Source: Gemmatimonadales bacterium | Lineage (GTDB): Bacteria > Gemmatimonadota > Gemmatimonadetes > Gemmatimonadales > GWC2-71-9 | Direction: 5' to 3' | Assembly: GCA_037189525.1 (NCBI GenBank) | Contig: JBBCJC010000005.1 | Span: 128,001-192,000, forward strand | DNA: 64,000 nucleotides | Part shown: positions 50,701-61,040 of the stretch, piece by piece | Layout of the letters: every line of letters begins with the position of its first letter | Position numbering within the stretch: position 1 is the stretch's first letter | Program-made: the position numbers and the translations under genes | The notes under the pieces: model-generated | The model's database searches: none | What the model was told of the DNA's origin: nothing | Seen by the model: only the letters and a program-made list of their open reading frames with translations

Positions 50701-52722
50701 ATGGGTAAATCGGTGGCCTGGCAGACTACCTATCTCCAGCAGGTCGACGCAAAGGTCAGATCCGAAGCGGGCGAGATGGCCTTTACCGTCACGGCAGAGC
50801 GCGATGCCGGCCACAAGCTGTCGTTAGGCGGAAGAGGGCGCGCCAGCGAGCGCCAGCTCTTCCTCTCCGACCTTGGCTTTACCTTCGGCGAAACCGTCTG
50901 GGCTCTGAGCGACACCGCCTCGATTACCTGGGGCGACCGGATCGTTGTCAGCGACCTCGAACTCCGCGCCGGCCCGCGCCGGATCATGGTCGAGGGGCAT
51001 CTCGATCGCGGGGGAACACAGCAGTTGGCCGTCACGCTCGACTCGGTACCGATCGGCGGGTTTGCCGCCTTTGCCGGAATGGAGAACTTGAACGGTACCC
51101 TTCATGGCACGGTGCATCTCGAGGGCCCGGCCAGCCAGGTCGTGGTGCGCACCGACCTGGGACTCGCGATGCCGGATGTGGTTGCCCGGCTCAAGACCTC
51201 CGCACCGAGCGTCGGCCAGTTGCGCCTGGATGCGACCCTGGAAGATCGGCAGGGGCGATCGCTCGTCGCTGCCGGCACGGTACCGTTCCGGCTCACCCTC
51301 GCGGGAGACACGCTGCTCCCCACTCCGCCCGAGAGCGCGCCGGTCGACCTGACCCTCCAGGGCGCTGACTTCCCGATCAGTTGGATCGCACCTTTCGCTC
51401 AGTTCGCCGGAGTGGAGCGGATCGAAGGTCAGTTCCGGAGCGATGCCCGCCTGACCGGAACCATCGGCGATCCCCGTGCCTCCGGAACCCTCGGGCTGAC
51501 CGGTGGACGGATCACGGTGCCACGACAGGGCGTCGACTATCGCCGCATCACGGCGGACGTCACGCTTTCGGGTGAAACGGTCGAGGTGACCCGGCTCGAA
51601 GCCACCGCGGACGGCACCGCCAGTGTGCGCGGCACCATCGCGCTGACCAGTCTCAATAATCCGGAGCTGGCACTCGACGCCAGCTTCAAAGAGTTCCGCG
51701 CGCTCCGCAACGAATGGGTCCGGCTCGGCCTCGACGGCAGCGTCAAGCTGACCGGCAGCATGGCGGAGCCCAAGGCGGAAGGATCGATCAGTCTGGTCAA
51801 GACCGACATCTATGCGGACCAGGTGGGCCAAGGCACCGCCGCCATGCCGGTGGAACTCACCTCCGCCGACTACGCCATGCTGGAGTCGTACTTCGGCTAT
51901 CGGCCGGACAGCGCGGCAACGATGGACGATCCGCTCCTTCCCTGGGCCATCGACGTCAAGCTGGCGTTGGGCGGCGACGTCTGGCTGCGCAAACAGGCCC
52001 AGCCGGAAATGCGCGTCCTGCTGACCGGCGCGCTGGATGTCCGCAAGGCGGCCAACGATTCGCTGCAGCTCTTCGGCACCGCCGAGGTGGTCCCGGGGCG
52101 GAGCGTGGTCGAACAATTCGGCCGCCGCTTCTCGATCGAACAGGGCAGCGTGACTTTCAACGGGCTGGTCACCGACTGGACGACATCGATCGAAGCCGCT
52201 TATGCGGTGCCTTCGTCGCCCGACGCGATCGATTCGGATATTCGTATCACGCTCTCGGTCACCGGTAAAATGGATAGTCTCCGCCTCGAACTGAGCTCGG
52301 ATCCCGCGCTCGAAACGTCGGATCTGGTGTCCTACCTGGCAACGGGTAAGCCTGCGGCGCGGGCGCTGGAAAGCAGCGGCGAGGGCACCTCGCTCGCGGG
52401 GCGCGGCACCGCACTCGCGATGGGTACGGTGGCCGGACTGCTCGAGCAGCAGGCAGGCGAGGCGGTCGGCCTCGACGTGATGGAAATCCGGCACGGCGGT
52501 CCCGAGGGAACCGTGGTAATCGCGGGGCGCTACGTCTCTCCCAGACTGTACGTCGGCTTCCAGCAGCCGCTCAGTTCGACCCGCAACGAGCAGTCGCTCA
52601 CCGAGAAGAGCCCGAGCACGCGAGTCGAACTCGAATACAGCCTCTTCCGCTGGCTGCTCCTCAATCTGCAGGCGGGGCAATCGGAGTTTCGCTCGTTCTT
52701 CCGGACCCGGTATGCGTTCTGA
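47710..52722 (+). CDS. Translocation/assembly module TamB (AsmA-like) protein
   Basis: N-terminal TM anchor, long beta-rich body, C-terminal LSSDPAL..DLVSYLATG..GRYVSPRLYV. Confidence 0.88.
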   Translation: MSTPKGRGASRIVARILLALVLFLVGTLGIVVLLLQHDGIATGVLRRAASWLQPWPDARVEIGRASISGISRLSVNDLRLIRTDDSTMVAVDSVRLSISPLRLLTGRLDLGEVRVVNADIVMRQLGASQWDLIAPFQTPDSAASEPTGDPLEITIDRVDVIGSRLEARFLGGADSTLRVDGLLLAMRDFRSGTGLPVLTLDTLGAELTPPGRPTPAVMSAKLHLGPDRLVVDGLSIRSDSTDVSAVGDLRLPDSDPRQADAVDFRLAAAPLDFRDIGALVPGFDVPGSLRLDLRVTGTANLLTVTGSGRSFDGATLAIDGALTPRTTDGVRYQSTLRIDGLDARLWSNEAAAGQVNARLDFDLTGDSLAVVSGPFELDAEGIVVGEGQLVPTRLSGAFDRGRARLEVQSGWAPWLDLHGNGEIRPFAEQPAYDLDLTVTPRDSLLRMGSVDLDDLRARIEGGGTGVPTTSGQGHLTMRLTGSVGDQPLENTTLRAEWKDQRLDARLTASLGTARAAGTLSLDRQGQSDALSFRVPRLTVSDLALAPFLGDSARGSLHLDASAQGARLEPGAITAQGAIRWDDGGWGTLAVDSAAATFRLADGRVRLNGGARSGAGALSLDGQAQPFLTVPSWEVTALTLSGIDLAAIDSTWPVSSVSATASLSARGNLPALTGDGTIRIEPSQVDSVHFGPTTLTLALRPDSVTVDGTLPVAEGTVDIAAAAGPFGPVPGIDARLGIRRLALGPLTRGRFQTAVSGPVTLTLTPSTDDTTAGLVRVSAALESAAGTASLEGNAGLARRTASGDSTAWQVTRGEADLELHLTDLSAIAVQDSTTGRLDATMRVEGQGSDLATMRWTGRAHASGNVNDARLDSLALRGAVSNGVLRLDTLLLASNVLRGGGGGRVPLVRQSGEQDTLRVALVADTTRPPPAQSALGIRPLGIRSGHVDAKLWRNAQGFELAGNASVGGLIAGVAAADTLQIDLTSAGSDGTNWNITGEAMGKSVAWQTTYLQQVDAKVRSEAGEMAFTVTAERDAGHKLSLGGRGRASERQLFLSDLGFTFGETVWALSDTASITWGDRIVVSDLELRAGPRRIMVEGHLDRGGTQQLAVTLDSVPIGGFAAFAGMENLNGTLHGTVHLEGPASQVVVRTDLGLAMPDVVARLKTSAPSVGQLRLDATLEDRQGRSLVAAGTVPFRLTLAGDTLLPTPPESAPVDLTLQGADFPISWIAPFAQFAGVERIEGQFRSDARLTGTIGDPRASGTLGLTGGRITVPRQGVDYRRITADVTLSGETVEVTRLEATADGTASVRGTIALTSLNNPELALDASFKEFRALRNEWVRLGLDGSVKLTGSMAEPKAEGSISLVKTDIYADQVGQGTAAMPVELTSADYAMLESYFGYRPDSAATMDDPLLPWAIDVKLALGGDVWLRKQAQPEMRVLLTGALDVRKAANDSLQLFGTAEVVPGRSVVEQFGRRFSIEQGSVTFNGLVTDWTTSIEAAYAVPSSPDAIDSDIRITLSVTGKMDSLRLELSSDPALETSDLVSYLATGKPAARALESSGEGTSLAGRGTALAMGTVAGLLEQQAGEAVGLDVMEIRHGGPEGTVVIAGRYVSPRLYVGFQQPLSSTRNEQSLTEKSPSTRVELEYSLFRWLLLNLQAGQSEFRSFFRTRYAF

Positions 52723-54886
52723 GCTGATCCGGCTGCTCCGCATCATCCTGCTGGCCACGATGGTCGGGTCCGGTATTTCTGTCGGCCGTGCTGCGGCGCA
52801 GATTCCCTACACCGTCTTCGATGAGCACACGGAAGTCCGCTCGCTCCGGTTCGAGTTCACCGGTTCCAAGACGTTCAAAGAAGGTGAGCTCACCGAACAG
52901 ATGGCGTTGAGTGGGCGCGGGTCGTTCTATGGTATCCGTCGCACGCTGGCCGCCCTCCCGATCGTGAGCCCGCCGGCTCCGCATCCATTTACGCCGCTCG
53001 ACTTGCAGCGTGACGTGGCGCGACTGCGGCGGTTCTATGGCAACGCGGGGTTCCTCGAGACCCGGATCTGGTACGACGTCAAGTATCGGGACAGCGACAA
53101 CACTGTCGACGTCACGTTTTTCGTCGACGAAGGGCGACCGATCCTGATCCGGTCGATCACCATCACCGCACCTGGCGGCCAAGATCTCATGACCCACCTG
53201 CCGGAGGACTACTTCGGCGAGTGGCAGCGCCGCCGCGACGCGATCGGAGCGGACACCGGCGGCCGCTACACCGAAACGACGCGCGCCTGGCATGAAACCG
53301 ATCTGCTGGCCTGGTGGCGCAACCGCGGCTGGGCGTTCGCGACTGTCACGGCCAACGCGCCGATCGACTCCGCCGCCGCATCGACGAACCTCGCCTTTAC
53401 CGTCGATCCTGGCCCGCGTACCCGAATCGGCCGAATCACCATCGAAGGTCAGGAGAGCGTTTCGGACGAGGTGATCCGGCGGGTCCTGCCCTTTCGCGAG
53501 GGCCGCTGGTTCAATGCGCAGGCATTGTCCGAGGGGCGACAGCGGGTCTTCGGCCTGGATCTGTTTCGGTTGGCGCTGATCGATGTGGAGCGCGACCCTG
53601 CCAACGACTCGCTGGCCAATCTGCGGATCCGGGTCACCGAGAATCCTCCGCGCCTCATTACCGGCGAAATCGGATATGTCGGCGACGGAGGCATCAGTAC
53701 CCAGGGACAGTTTGCGCATCGTAACTTCGCCGGCGGCGCGCGGACCTTGCGCGTGACCGCGCTGGCCGAAACCGGTGTGCTCAGCGTCGGCGAGATGGAT
53801 AACGAGGAGTATCGTCTTTCAGTGGCGTATCGGGCGCCCTGGTTCCTCCATCGCCGCTATTCACTTACGGTCGAACCGTTCGGCCACTATCGGAACAATA
53901 TCACCGACCGGTCGTGGCAGGCGGGTATCGAAACGTCGCTCGTCTACGAGCTGGGACCGTACCGGTTCATCACCCTGCAACATCGCTATTCGCACCGGCG
54001 GATTCTCGATTTCCGCCTGGGCGGCGGCAGCACGCTCGATCTCAACACGCTGCTGCAGCTGATCGGCGAGGGCGCGATCGACTCGCTGGGCCGAGGCATC
54101 GAGCGCTCGACTCTTTCGCTCTCCGGCACCGTCGGACGCTTCGACCCGACCCAGCCGACGCGAACGATCCAGGGCCGGCCGACGATCGAAGTGACCACGC
54201 CAGGCGGGCTCAACACCATCGAGTATTTCGCAGCCGACGTACCGATCTTCGGCTACCTGCCGATCGGTTCGCGGGTCACCGCCACGGCGCGGGCGCGGAT
54301 CGGGCGTGTCTGGCCCTACGGCAAGACGATCCAGAGCGACGGGAGCTCGGCATTGATCGCGACGCTGCAGCTTCGGGACGTTCTGCTCAGCGCCGGAGGC
54401 ACTGGCAGCGTGCGCGGCTGGGGCGAGGGCCAACTGGGTCCCAAGTTCGTCAACCTGACCCTGACACCGATCGAAGGCACCGATTCGCTCGAACTCGGAA
54501 CGCGCGGATACGCTCCCTCGGGAGGACTGGCACGCGCGACAGGATCGGTCGAATTACAATTGCCCTTCCCCGGCCTGGGCGATGCCTGGGGAACACATCT
54601 CTTCCTGGACGCGGGGCGGGTATGGACGCCCGACTCCCGCTTCCGGGCCGACGATCCGGGCGATTCAGAGCGATGGTTCTTCGGAGCTGGCGCGGGAATC
54701 CAGGTGCGAACACTGGTGGGACCGGTTCGGATCAGCCTGGGATACAAGCTGAATCCGTCGGCGCTGGACCTGCGAGATGCGGAACCCGTCCTGGATGCGC
54801 TGCTGGCGAGTCAGCCGATCAGTTCCGTACCGGTCAATACGAAACGACGGTTCCATCTCCACTTCTCGCTAGGGCAGAGTTTCTAG
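52712..54886 (+). CDS. Omp85 family (TamA/BamA-like) outer-membrane protein
   Basis: Signal peptide, POTRA-like repeats, GGTGSVRGW, C-terminal FSLGQSF. Confidence 0.9.
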   Translation: MRSELIRLLRIILLATMVGSGISVGRAAAQIPYTVFDEHTEVRSLRFEFTGSKTFKEGELTEQMALSGRGSFYGIRRTLAALPIVSPPAPHPFTPLDLQRDVARLRRFYGNAGFLETRIWYDVKYRDSDNTVDVTFFVDEGRPILIRSITITAPGGQDLMTHLPEDYFGEWQRRRDAIGADTGGRYTETTRAWHETDLLAWWRNRGWAFATVTANAPIDSAAASTNLAFTVDPGPRTRIGRITIEGQESVSDEVIRRVLPFREGRWFNAQALSEGRQRVFGLDLFRLALIDVERDPANDSLANLRIRVTENPPRLITGEIGYVGDGGISTQGQFAHRNFAGGARTLRVTALAETGVLSVGEMDNEEYRLSVAYRAPWFLHRRYSLTVEPFGHYRNNITDRSWQAGIETSLVYELGPYRFITLQHRYSHRRILDFRLGGGSTLDLNTLLQLIGEGAIDSLGRGIERSTLSLSGTVGRFDPTQPTRTIQGRPTIEVTTPGGLNTIEYFAADVPIFGYLPIGSRVTATARARIGRVWPYGKTIQSDGSSALIATLQLRDVLLSAGGTGSVRGWGEGQLGPKFVNLTLTPIEGTDSLELGTRGYAPSGGLARATGSVELQLPFPGLGDAWGTHLFLDAGRVWTPDSRFRADDPGDSERWFFGAGAGIQVRTLVGPVRISLGYKLNPSALDLRDAEPVLDALLASQPISSVPVNTKRRFHLHFSLGQSF

Positions 54887-54949
54887 TGTCGCATCTCGAG
54901 CCGCGCCTGTCAGGATTCCAATCGAGGCGCGGCGAGGAGTCTCACCCCC

Positions 54950-55493
54950 TGCTCCCTCGGCGGCAATCGACTTTACCATCGCACACCCCGACCGCGTCCG
55001 CGGATTGGTTCTGATCGGCTCAGGACTCGGCGGGTTCGCCTGGTCCGACGAACCCGATGACGACCCCGCGCGACTGGCGGCGCGAGCAGCATTGGATCGC
55101 GGTGATACCGTCGGGATTGCGCGTGCCTGGCTCTTGACGTACTATCTGGCGGCAACCGTTCGGAACCGGAGCGTCGCGGCGAAAATCGACACGCTGTTGG
55201 TCGACAACGTCGACTACTGGAAACACGTTCTCCAAACCGGCGACCTCGATCCCGGGCCTGATCCTCACGCCATCGAACGTCTCGGTGAAATCCGGGTGCC
55301 GACGCTCGTCGTCATCGGTGATGCAGACACCCGCGATCTGCAACGCATTGCCGATACCTTGAGGGCCGGTATTCCGCAGGCCCAACTCGTCGTATTGCCG
55401 GGTGTCGGCCACATTCCGAGCCTCGAGCGGCCGGCCGACATTACGCGCCTGCTCGAGGAGTTCCTGGCCACGCTCGCAACCGTTCGCCAGTGA
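54950..55493 (+). pseudogene. 5'-truncated alpha/beta hydrolase remnant
   Basis: CSLGG elbow out of frame with AIDFTIAHPDRVRGLVL...PTLVVIGDAD...GVGHIPSLERP; no N-terminal half. Confidence 0.7.
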
Positions 55494-55512
55494 TATCGAT
55501 CTGTGTCGACGT

Positions 55513-55869
55513 CTAGTCGGCATCCGTATGAAGGCGCGACGCCCGGCGCAACGGTCCCCTGCCCAACTCGGCGAGGAACTGATCCCGTTCCTGCGATAGC
55601 GCGACCCCCTCGCCACCGCTGGTGGCCTGGCTCGTGTAGAACGTGATCCAGCGCTCCGCCTGGTCCGCAGCAGCCCGCGCCTCCTCGGCATCGCCGGTCT
55701 CGATGAGCCGGACCATCCGGAGCCGGTAGAGTTCCGCCACCGATGCGGCGGCTCCGATATGCTGGACAGCGTCAGTGATGGCGCGTTCGGCCTCCTCGAA
55801 CCGGTTGCTCTGCTCGAGCGCAACGGCCTTCCGCCACCAAAGCGGTTTGCCCGAATCGTCCGCGGTCAT
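55513..55869 (-). CDS. Hypothetical helical protein
   Basis: MTADDSGKPLWW...YTSQATSGGEG; plausible codon usage. Confidence 0.6.
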   Translation of the reverse strand: MTADDSGKPLWWRKAVALEQSNRFEEAERAITDAVQHIGAAASVAELYRLRMVRLIETGDAEEARAAADQAERWITFYTSQATSGGEGVALSQERDQFLAELGRGPLRRASRLHTDAD

Positions 55870-55936
55870 TGGGTCAACCAGCGAAACCACCTGGGACCGT
55901 GCCAGGTGGTCGGTCGCCTTGCCCAGCCCGCCATCG

Positions 55937-56071
55937 TCACCGCGCTGATGAGGGGCGCAGCGATGCGCTCGCGCGGGTCATCACCACGGCCAGGATGATG
56001 AAGACGACCGAGACGATGGCAAGCGCCACCAGGGAGTTCGTCACCGCCGGATTCGCGCGCAGAAAGTTCAT
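55937..56071 (-). CDS. Short membrane peptide or gene remnant
   Basis: MNFLRANPAVTNSLVALAIVSVVFIILAVVMTRASASLRP; single TM helix. Confidence 0.3.
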   Translation of the reverse strand: MNFLRANPAVTNSLVALAIVSVVFIILAVVMTRASASLRPSSAR

Positions 56072-56229
56072 ATCGTGGTTACAGGGTCTAGCCCGAAACT
56101 CGTCCTTGATGCGGCGGCAAGCTTATCACCCGCCTGACGCCAGCACCAGACGGCGCCCGGCCATGGGAACGGCCGCCCCTTTGCTCTTCAGCCCGCCGGC
56201 AGTACTTTGCATCACAAAGTAGACTATCC

Positions 56230-58140
56230 ATGACTCAGCCGCCCCCGGAATTCCTCGACCTGCAAGCCGCCCTGGCCGGCGAGTATTCCCTCCAGCGGGA
56301 GTTGGGCCGAGGGGGTATGGGTATCGTGTATCTGGCCCGGGACGTCCAGTTGGACCGCGATGTCGCCATCAAGGTCCTTCCCGCCCCGATGGCTGGCACC
56401 GCCTCGGCCCGCGAGCGATTCCTCCGCGAGGCGCGGATGGCGGCCGGGCTTTCGCATCCGCATATCGTGCCGATCCACCGGGTGGGCGAAGCCGGCGGCT
56501 TCGTCTTCTTCGTGATGAGCTATGTCGAAGGTGAATCGCTTGGTGAGCGGCTCCGCACCCGCGGCCCACTCTCGCCGGCCGAGGCTACCCGGTTGCTGCG
56601 CGAGGTGTCCTGGGCCCTCGCCTACGCCCATGGACGCGGCATCATCCATCGGGACGTCAAACCCGACAACATTCTGATCGAGGCGGGGAGCGGCCGGGCG
56701 CTGGTGACCGACTTCGGCATCGCGCAGGCCAGTACCGACCCTGCCGCCGCCGATGGGCAGCATGTCATGGGTACCGCTCGATTCATGAGCCCCGAGCAGG
56801 CACTCGGCGACGTGCTCGACGGACGCAGCGACATCTACGCGTTAGGCGTGGTCGGCTACCTGGCGGTCAGCGGCCGCCTCCCGTTCGAGCAGGCCGAGTT
56901 CCCCGCACTCCTGGTGCAGCAGACCACCCGGGATGCCCCTGGGGTGGCCAGCGTCGCTCCCGGCCTCCCGCCGGCCCTGGGCGAGACGATCGACCGTTGC
57001 CTGGCTCGTGATCCGGAGGATCGGTTTCCCGACGGGGAGACATTGGCCGCCGCGCTGGCTCCAGCTGCCGAAATCCGGCCGACGCTGCCCCCCTCGTTGC
57101 GCGGCTGGCTCGCGGCCCGCAATCCGATGCTGGTGCCCTACCTGGCCTGGGGAGGCCTGTTCGGCACCCTGACGCTGGCCAACCTGATCGTCTGGCTTGC
57201 CGGGCAGCGCCCGGACGGACCGGCCGACATCGTCCTGCTCGCGGCAATTGCCGCGGCCCCGCTGCTGCCCGTCGTCGGCTTTCATCTCAACCAGGCCCAC
57301 CGGCAGTTCAAAGCCGGCCACTCTCTCGCCGATCTGCTTGCCGCTCTCGAGGTGGAACGACGCGAGCGGGCGGAAACCGAGGCCGCCTCCCGGACCGAGC
57401 GAGAGCCCGCCCTCCATCGTCTGCTGCGCATTGCGACGACGGCATCGGGCACCTGGCTTGCTACCACATTCGGCCTGTTGATGGCCGGCGTCGTCCACGA
57501 GCGCACACTCGGCGCGGCATTCATCGTCCTGCCGATGGGCACGACGCTGTTGCTCGGCGCCGCCTGCAACGCACTCGATGTCCAGTTCATCCCGACCGGA
57601 ATCCGCCGCTGGTGGCAAACCGGGATCCGCGACCGGCTTTGGAACAGCCGTGTCGGCCGCTGGTTTGCCCGGCAACTGGGGGCGCCAAAGCAGTCGCACG
57701 CCATCGGGGGTGGCGTTTTCCAGGCGACCGAAGCGGCCCTCGGCGTTGCAGCCGGCGAGTTGTTTGCGGCGTTGCCGAAATCGTATCGCGAGCAGCTCGC
57801 CGAGCTGCCTTCGGTTGTGGCTGCGCTCGAGGCACAAGCTGCGGCCACTCGCGCGGAGGTCGATCAACTCGCCGCGTTGGCTGCTTCCGGCGCTGGCGAC
57901 ACGGCCATCCTGGCTGATCGCCGGGCCGCGGCAGGCGCTCGGCTGAGCGAGAGCGTTGGGGCCCTCGAGCGGATCAGGCTCGACCTGCTCCGGCTCCATG
58001 CCGGCGCGGCCGACCTGGCGCCACTGACGACCCTGATCGACGCCGCCCGGCGGATCGGCGAAGGCGTCGACCGCCTGGTCGCGGCAAAGTTCGAGGCCGA
58101 CGCCGCCGCCGAGTCCGACCCCGCATCCCACCGAGACTGA
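56230..58140 (+). CDS. Membrane-associated Ser/Thr protein kinase
   Basis: GRGGMG, VAIK, HRDVKPDN, DFG, GTARFMSPEQ; several TM segments; coiled C-terminus. Confidence 0.95.
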   Translation: MTQPPPEFLDLQAALAGEYSLQRELGRGGMGIVYLARDVQLDRDVAIKVLPAPMAGTASARERFLREARMAAGLSHPHIVPIHRVGEAGGFVFFVMSYVEGESLGERLRTRGPLSPAEATRLLREVSWALAYAHGRGIIHRDVKPDNILIEAGSGRALVTDFGIAQASTDPAAADGQHVMGTARFMSPEQALGDVLDGRSDIYALGVVGYLAVSGRLPFEQAEFPALLVQQTTRDAPGVASVAPGLPPALGETIDRCLARDPEDRFPDGETLAAALAPAAEIRPTLPPSLRGWLAARNPMLVPYLAWGGLFGTLTLANLIVWLAGQRPDGPADIVLLAAIAAAPLLPVVGFHLNQAHRQFKAGHSLADLLAALEVERRERAETEAASRTEREPALHRLLRIATTASGTWLATTFGLLMAGVVHERTLGAAFIVLPMGTTLLLGAACNALDVQFIPTGIRRWWQTGIRDRLWNSRVGRWFARQLGAPKQSHAIGGGVFQATEAALGVAAGELFAALPKSYREQLAELPSVVAALEAQAAATRAEVDQLAALAASGAGDTAILADRRAAAGARLSESVGALERIRLDLLRLHAGAADLAPLTTLIDAARRIGEGVDRLVAAKFEADAAAESDPASHRD

Positions 58141-58283
58141 ACGACCTCCTGATCATCGGATGATCCGCGACGCCGCGCGCGGTCGCGTACCCCAGAAGAG
58201 GGCACGACACGGAAGCGAACGCCGCCTCCGCGTCTCCCTCCGGCCATTCACGTTTGCCACCTGGGGCGGAAGGAAGAAACTCG

Positions 58284-61013
58284 ATGGAGAGTGCGCACGC
58301 ACTGCTCATGGCTTTGCCCGTGGGCCTGGTCCTCGCGGGCTGCGGCGGATCCGATATGCCGGTCGACCCCGGCCGTCCCAACACACCGACGCCCGCGGCG
58401 GTGATCCTTGCAGCGGGACACCAGCAACAGGCGGCGGCCGGCACTGCCGTTCCGGTCGCTCCATCGGTCACCGTCCGCGATGCCCAAGGCCAGCCCATTG
58501 CCGGTGTCACCGTCCAGTTCACCGTCACGACTGGCGGAGGGAACGTCACTGGTAACGCTCCCATCACCAATGCGACCGGAACGGCCAGCGTCACCAGCTG
58601 GGTCCTCGGACCCAACGGCGATCAACGCCTCTCTGCGCAGGTGGCGTCACTGCCCGCGGTGGTTTTCGAGGCGAGCATTACCCCGGGAACCGGAGAGCAC
58701 TCGGGTACCGTCGGCCCCGGGGGCGGCACGGTCGGCATTACCGAGCCGGGCCATCCATATCATGGGCTCACCCTCACGGTTCCGGCCGGCACGGTGGCGG
58801 GCGCTGCCGACTGGCGGTTTCGTCTCGCTCAGCAACCCGCGAACATTCCACTGCCGGCAGGGATCCGGGTGGCAGGCCCGGTGCTCGAAGTCTCCACCAC
58901 GCAACTGCGCGGCAATCGTCTGATGCGACTGGAGATTCCGGTCGAGGAGACGGACGACGAGCTGATCTTCCCGGCGCTCCACGATCCGGGACGCAACGTG
59001 ATCGAGCTGCTCCCGATCGTCGACCGCACCCCGACATCCGTGGTGGTCGTCACCGCACACCTCCACAGCAGCCTCATCCTCGGCTCCACGCCGCTCGCCG
59101 CAGCTCGAGCGACGCCGGGTTTCGTCCGAGCGTCAGTCACCGCTGACGAGAGCGTGGCCCGAATCGCCCGCCTGGCGATCAGGAACATGAAGGAGTTGGC
59201 CACGACCCTGGAGGAATTCAACACGTTGATGAACCGGTGGCCCGTACGCGACCATGGTTCCGCGGCGTTTCCCGAGGGACATGGCGCAGGGATCGCCATC
59301 CTGGAGGCCGTGGCGACGGCCGAGAACTATCCCGCGTTCCAGGGCGCCGTGAGGTCCTTGCCGATCGAAGGTTTTTACGCGGAGGCCGCGCCGCTCGCGA
59401 TCGCGCAAATGGCGCAGCGGGAATTCATGTCGGTGGTGATCGGCGCGATCAACGAGGTGGGGCAAACGCTCAACCAGCATGAAAAACCGAAACGTGACGC
59501 GCTCCTGCTGCAGAACATCGTGGCCAGCGCGCGGCTCACCGGACGGCCCAGTCTCGTGGCCGGCATCTCGCAGGTTGCAGCCGGCGTACCCGTGGCCGCA
59601 TCGGTGGTGTCCGGAGCAACCGGTTCGATCTCGCTCACGACCCCCGCCTCGGCCCTGCCGACCCCGGTTCCCGTGGGGGCCGGCGGGCTTGGGACGATTG
59701 CGCTGCAGTTCGTCGGCGACGGGGCAGCGCATCAAATCGAGAACCTGGTCCCGCTTTCGTCCTTCGTGATAGCAACCGAGCGGGCGCATATCCTGATGGC
59801 CCCGCTCGACAGGATGAGCCAGGCGACGACCGATGAGCAGCGGGATGCGATCAACCGAGAGGTCGCCGCTGAAGCCGGCATGCCCGACCTGAACGTGGAG
59901 ATCCAACATCTCCCGGAGGAATCCTGGACCACCTCGGAGGTAACTGGCCGTCTCTCCTTCGTCGCCCGGAGCCAGGCTGCGCAGATCCGCGTCCTGGCGA
60001 ACTCGATCTCGGTTCATCGGCCGGATGGTTCGGAGCTCGCACGGTCGGTGGGCAACGCGCTTTCGGTTGCCGACGACCTGGACCTCGAATCCGCGCCAGT
60101 CGGAACATCCATCGGCCGGACCGTGTCCGCATTCGTCAACCAGGCAGGTGGCGCAATCCGACAGGTCGCGGTCGCGCAGATGCGCATGACCAGGGCGCCC
60201 TTTACGGTCGAACCCGAGGAGGTCCTCCTCGAGGGCGAGACGCGGACGGTGGAGCTGACAGCCTCCGTTCCCGTCCCCCCGACCGGCGGATTCGTGATCG
60301 AGTGGAATTGGGGTAACGGGGAAACGACCGAAACAGTCGGGGCGGCCAACGCATCATACCAGTACGAGACCGCCGGTAGCTACGATGTGGTGGCAACACT
60401 GATGACGAACACCGATCGGCGCAAGCTGGCGGTGGACACGGTCCGGGTGCGCGACAAGCCGAGCGCCTGGGTGGGGACATTCACGTCCTCGCGTGAACAC
60501 CACGCGGTCGGCTTCACAGGCACGCTCCGCTCCGAAGCGACGAATGTCCGATTCGAGCGTGTCGCCTCCGACGACCCGAGAGTAACCCGGTACGTGGTGG
60601 TGTCAGGTGAGCTGACCGCCTGGAACGAGGTCCCATGCGCCAACTACGTATCACCCATCACCCGGGTGACAATGAGCAACGATTCCGAATACCAGTGGCT
60701 CACGATCCGGGACACCGACCCCTCGACCCCGGCTGGGACTCCATCTGCCTCCGGCCTTTGGTACGCCGCGAACGGCTACACGGGCGGGCTCGAGATCTTC
60801 AACAAAGTCTGCCCATCGGACTTCACTCCGAATCCGGAAGCCTATCGCTTCGCGACTGGAATCGTCTGGCTGAATGCCTACGATGGGTCCGGCAGCTCAT
60901 TCAACTATTCGGCAAATCGCAACCTGATCCAGGGATCTGTGGTGAGGCACGGCACCGATAATACCACCACCGTGTGGACCTGGCGGCTCGAGCGGGTGTC
61001 CGCGGATCAGTAG
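58284..61013 (+). CDS. Large multidomain lipoprotein (Ig-like, ZU5-like, central domain, PKD)
   Basis: Lipobox LAGC; VTVRDAQGQPIAGVTVQF (Big-1-like); GPGGG..LTVPAG; EWNWGNG...YETAGSYDV (PKD). Confidence 0.8.
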   Translation: MESAHALLMALPVGLVLAGCGGSDMPVDPGRPNTPTPAAVILAAGHQQQAAAGTAVPVAPSVTVRDAQGQPIAGVTVQFTVTTGGGNVTGNAPITNATGTASVTSWVLGPNGDQRLSAQVASLPAVVFEASITPGTGEHSGTVGPGGGTVGITEPGHPYHGLTLTVPAGTVAGAADWRFRLAQQPANIPLPAGIRVAGPVLEVSTTQLRGNRLMRLEIPVEETDDELIFPALHDPGRNVIELLPIVDRTPTSVVVVTAHLHSSLILGSTPLAAARATPGFVRASVTADESVARIARLAIRNMKELATTLEEFNTLMNRWPVRDHGSAAFPEGHGAGIAILEAVATAENYPAFQGAVRSLPIEGFYAEAAPLAIAQMAQREFMSVVIGAINEVGQTLNQHEKPKRDALLLQNIVASARLTGRPSLVAGISQVAAGVPVAASVVSGATGSISLTTPASALPTPVPVGAGGLGTIALQFVGDGAAHQIENLVPLSSFVIATERAHILMAPLDRMSQATTDEQRDAINREVAAEAGMPDLNVEIQHLPEESWTTSEVTGRLSFVARSQAAQIRVLANSISVHRPDGSELARSVGNALSVADDLDLESAPVGTSIGRTVSAFVNQAGGAIRQVAVAQMRMTRAPFTVEPEEVLLEGETRTVELTASVPVPPTGGFVIEWNWGNGETTETVGAANASYQYETAGSYDVVATLMTNTDRRKLAVDTVRVRDKPSAWVGTFTSSREHHAVGFTGTLRSEATNVRFERVASDDPRVTRYVVVSGELTAWNEVPCANYVSPITRVTMSNDSEYQWLTIRDTDPSTPAGTPSASGLWYAANGYTGGLEIFNKVCPSDFTPNPEAYRFATGIVWLNAYDGSGSSFNYSANRNLIQGSVVRHGTDNTTTVWTWRLERVSADQ

Positions 61014-61040
61014 GCTCACCTATGGCTGGACTGGGAGGAG

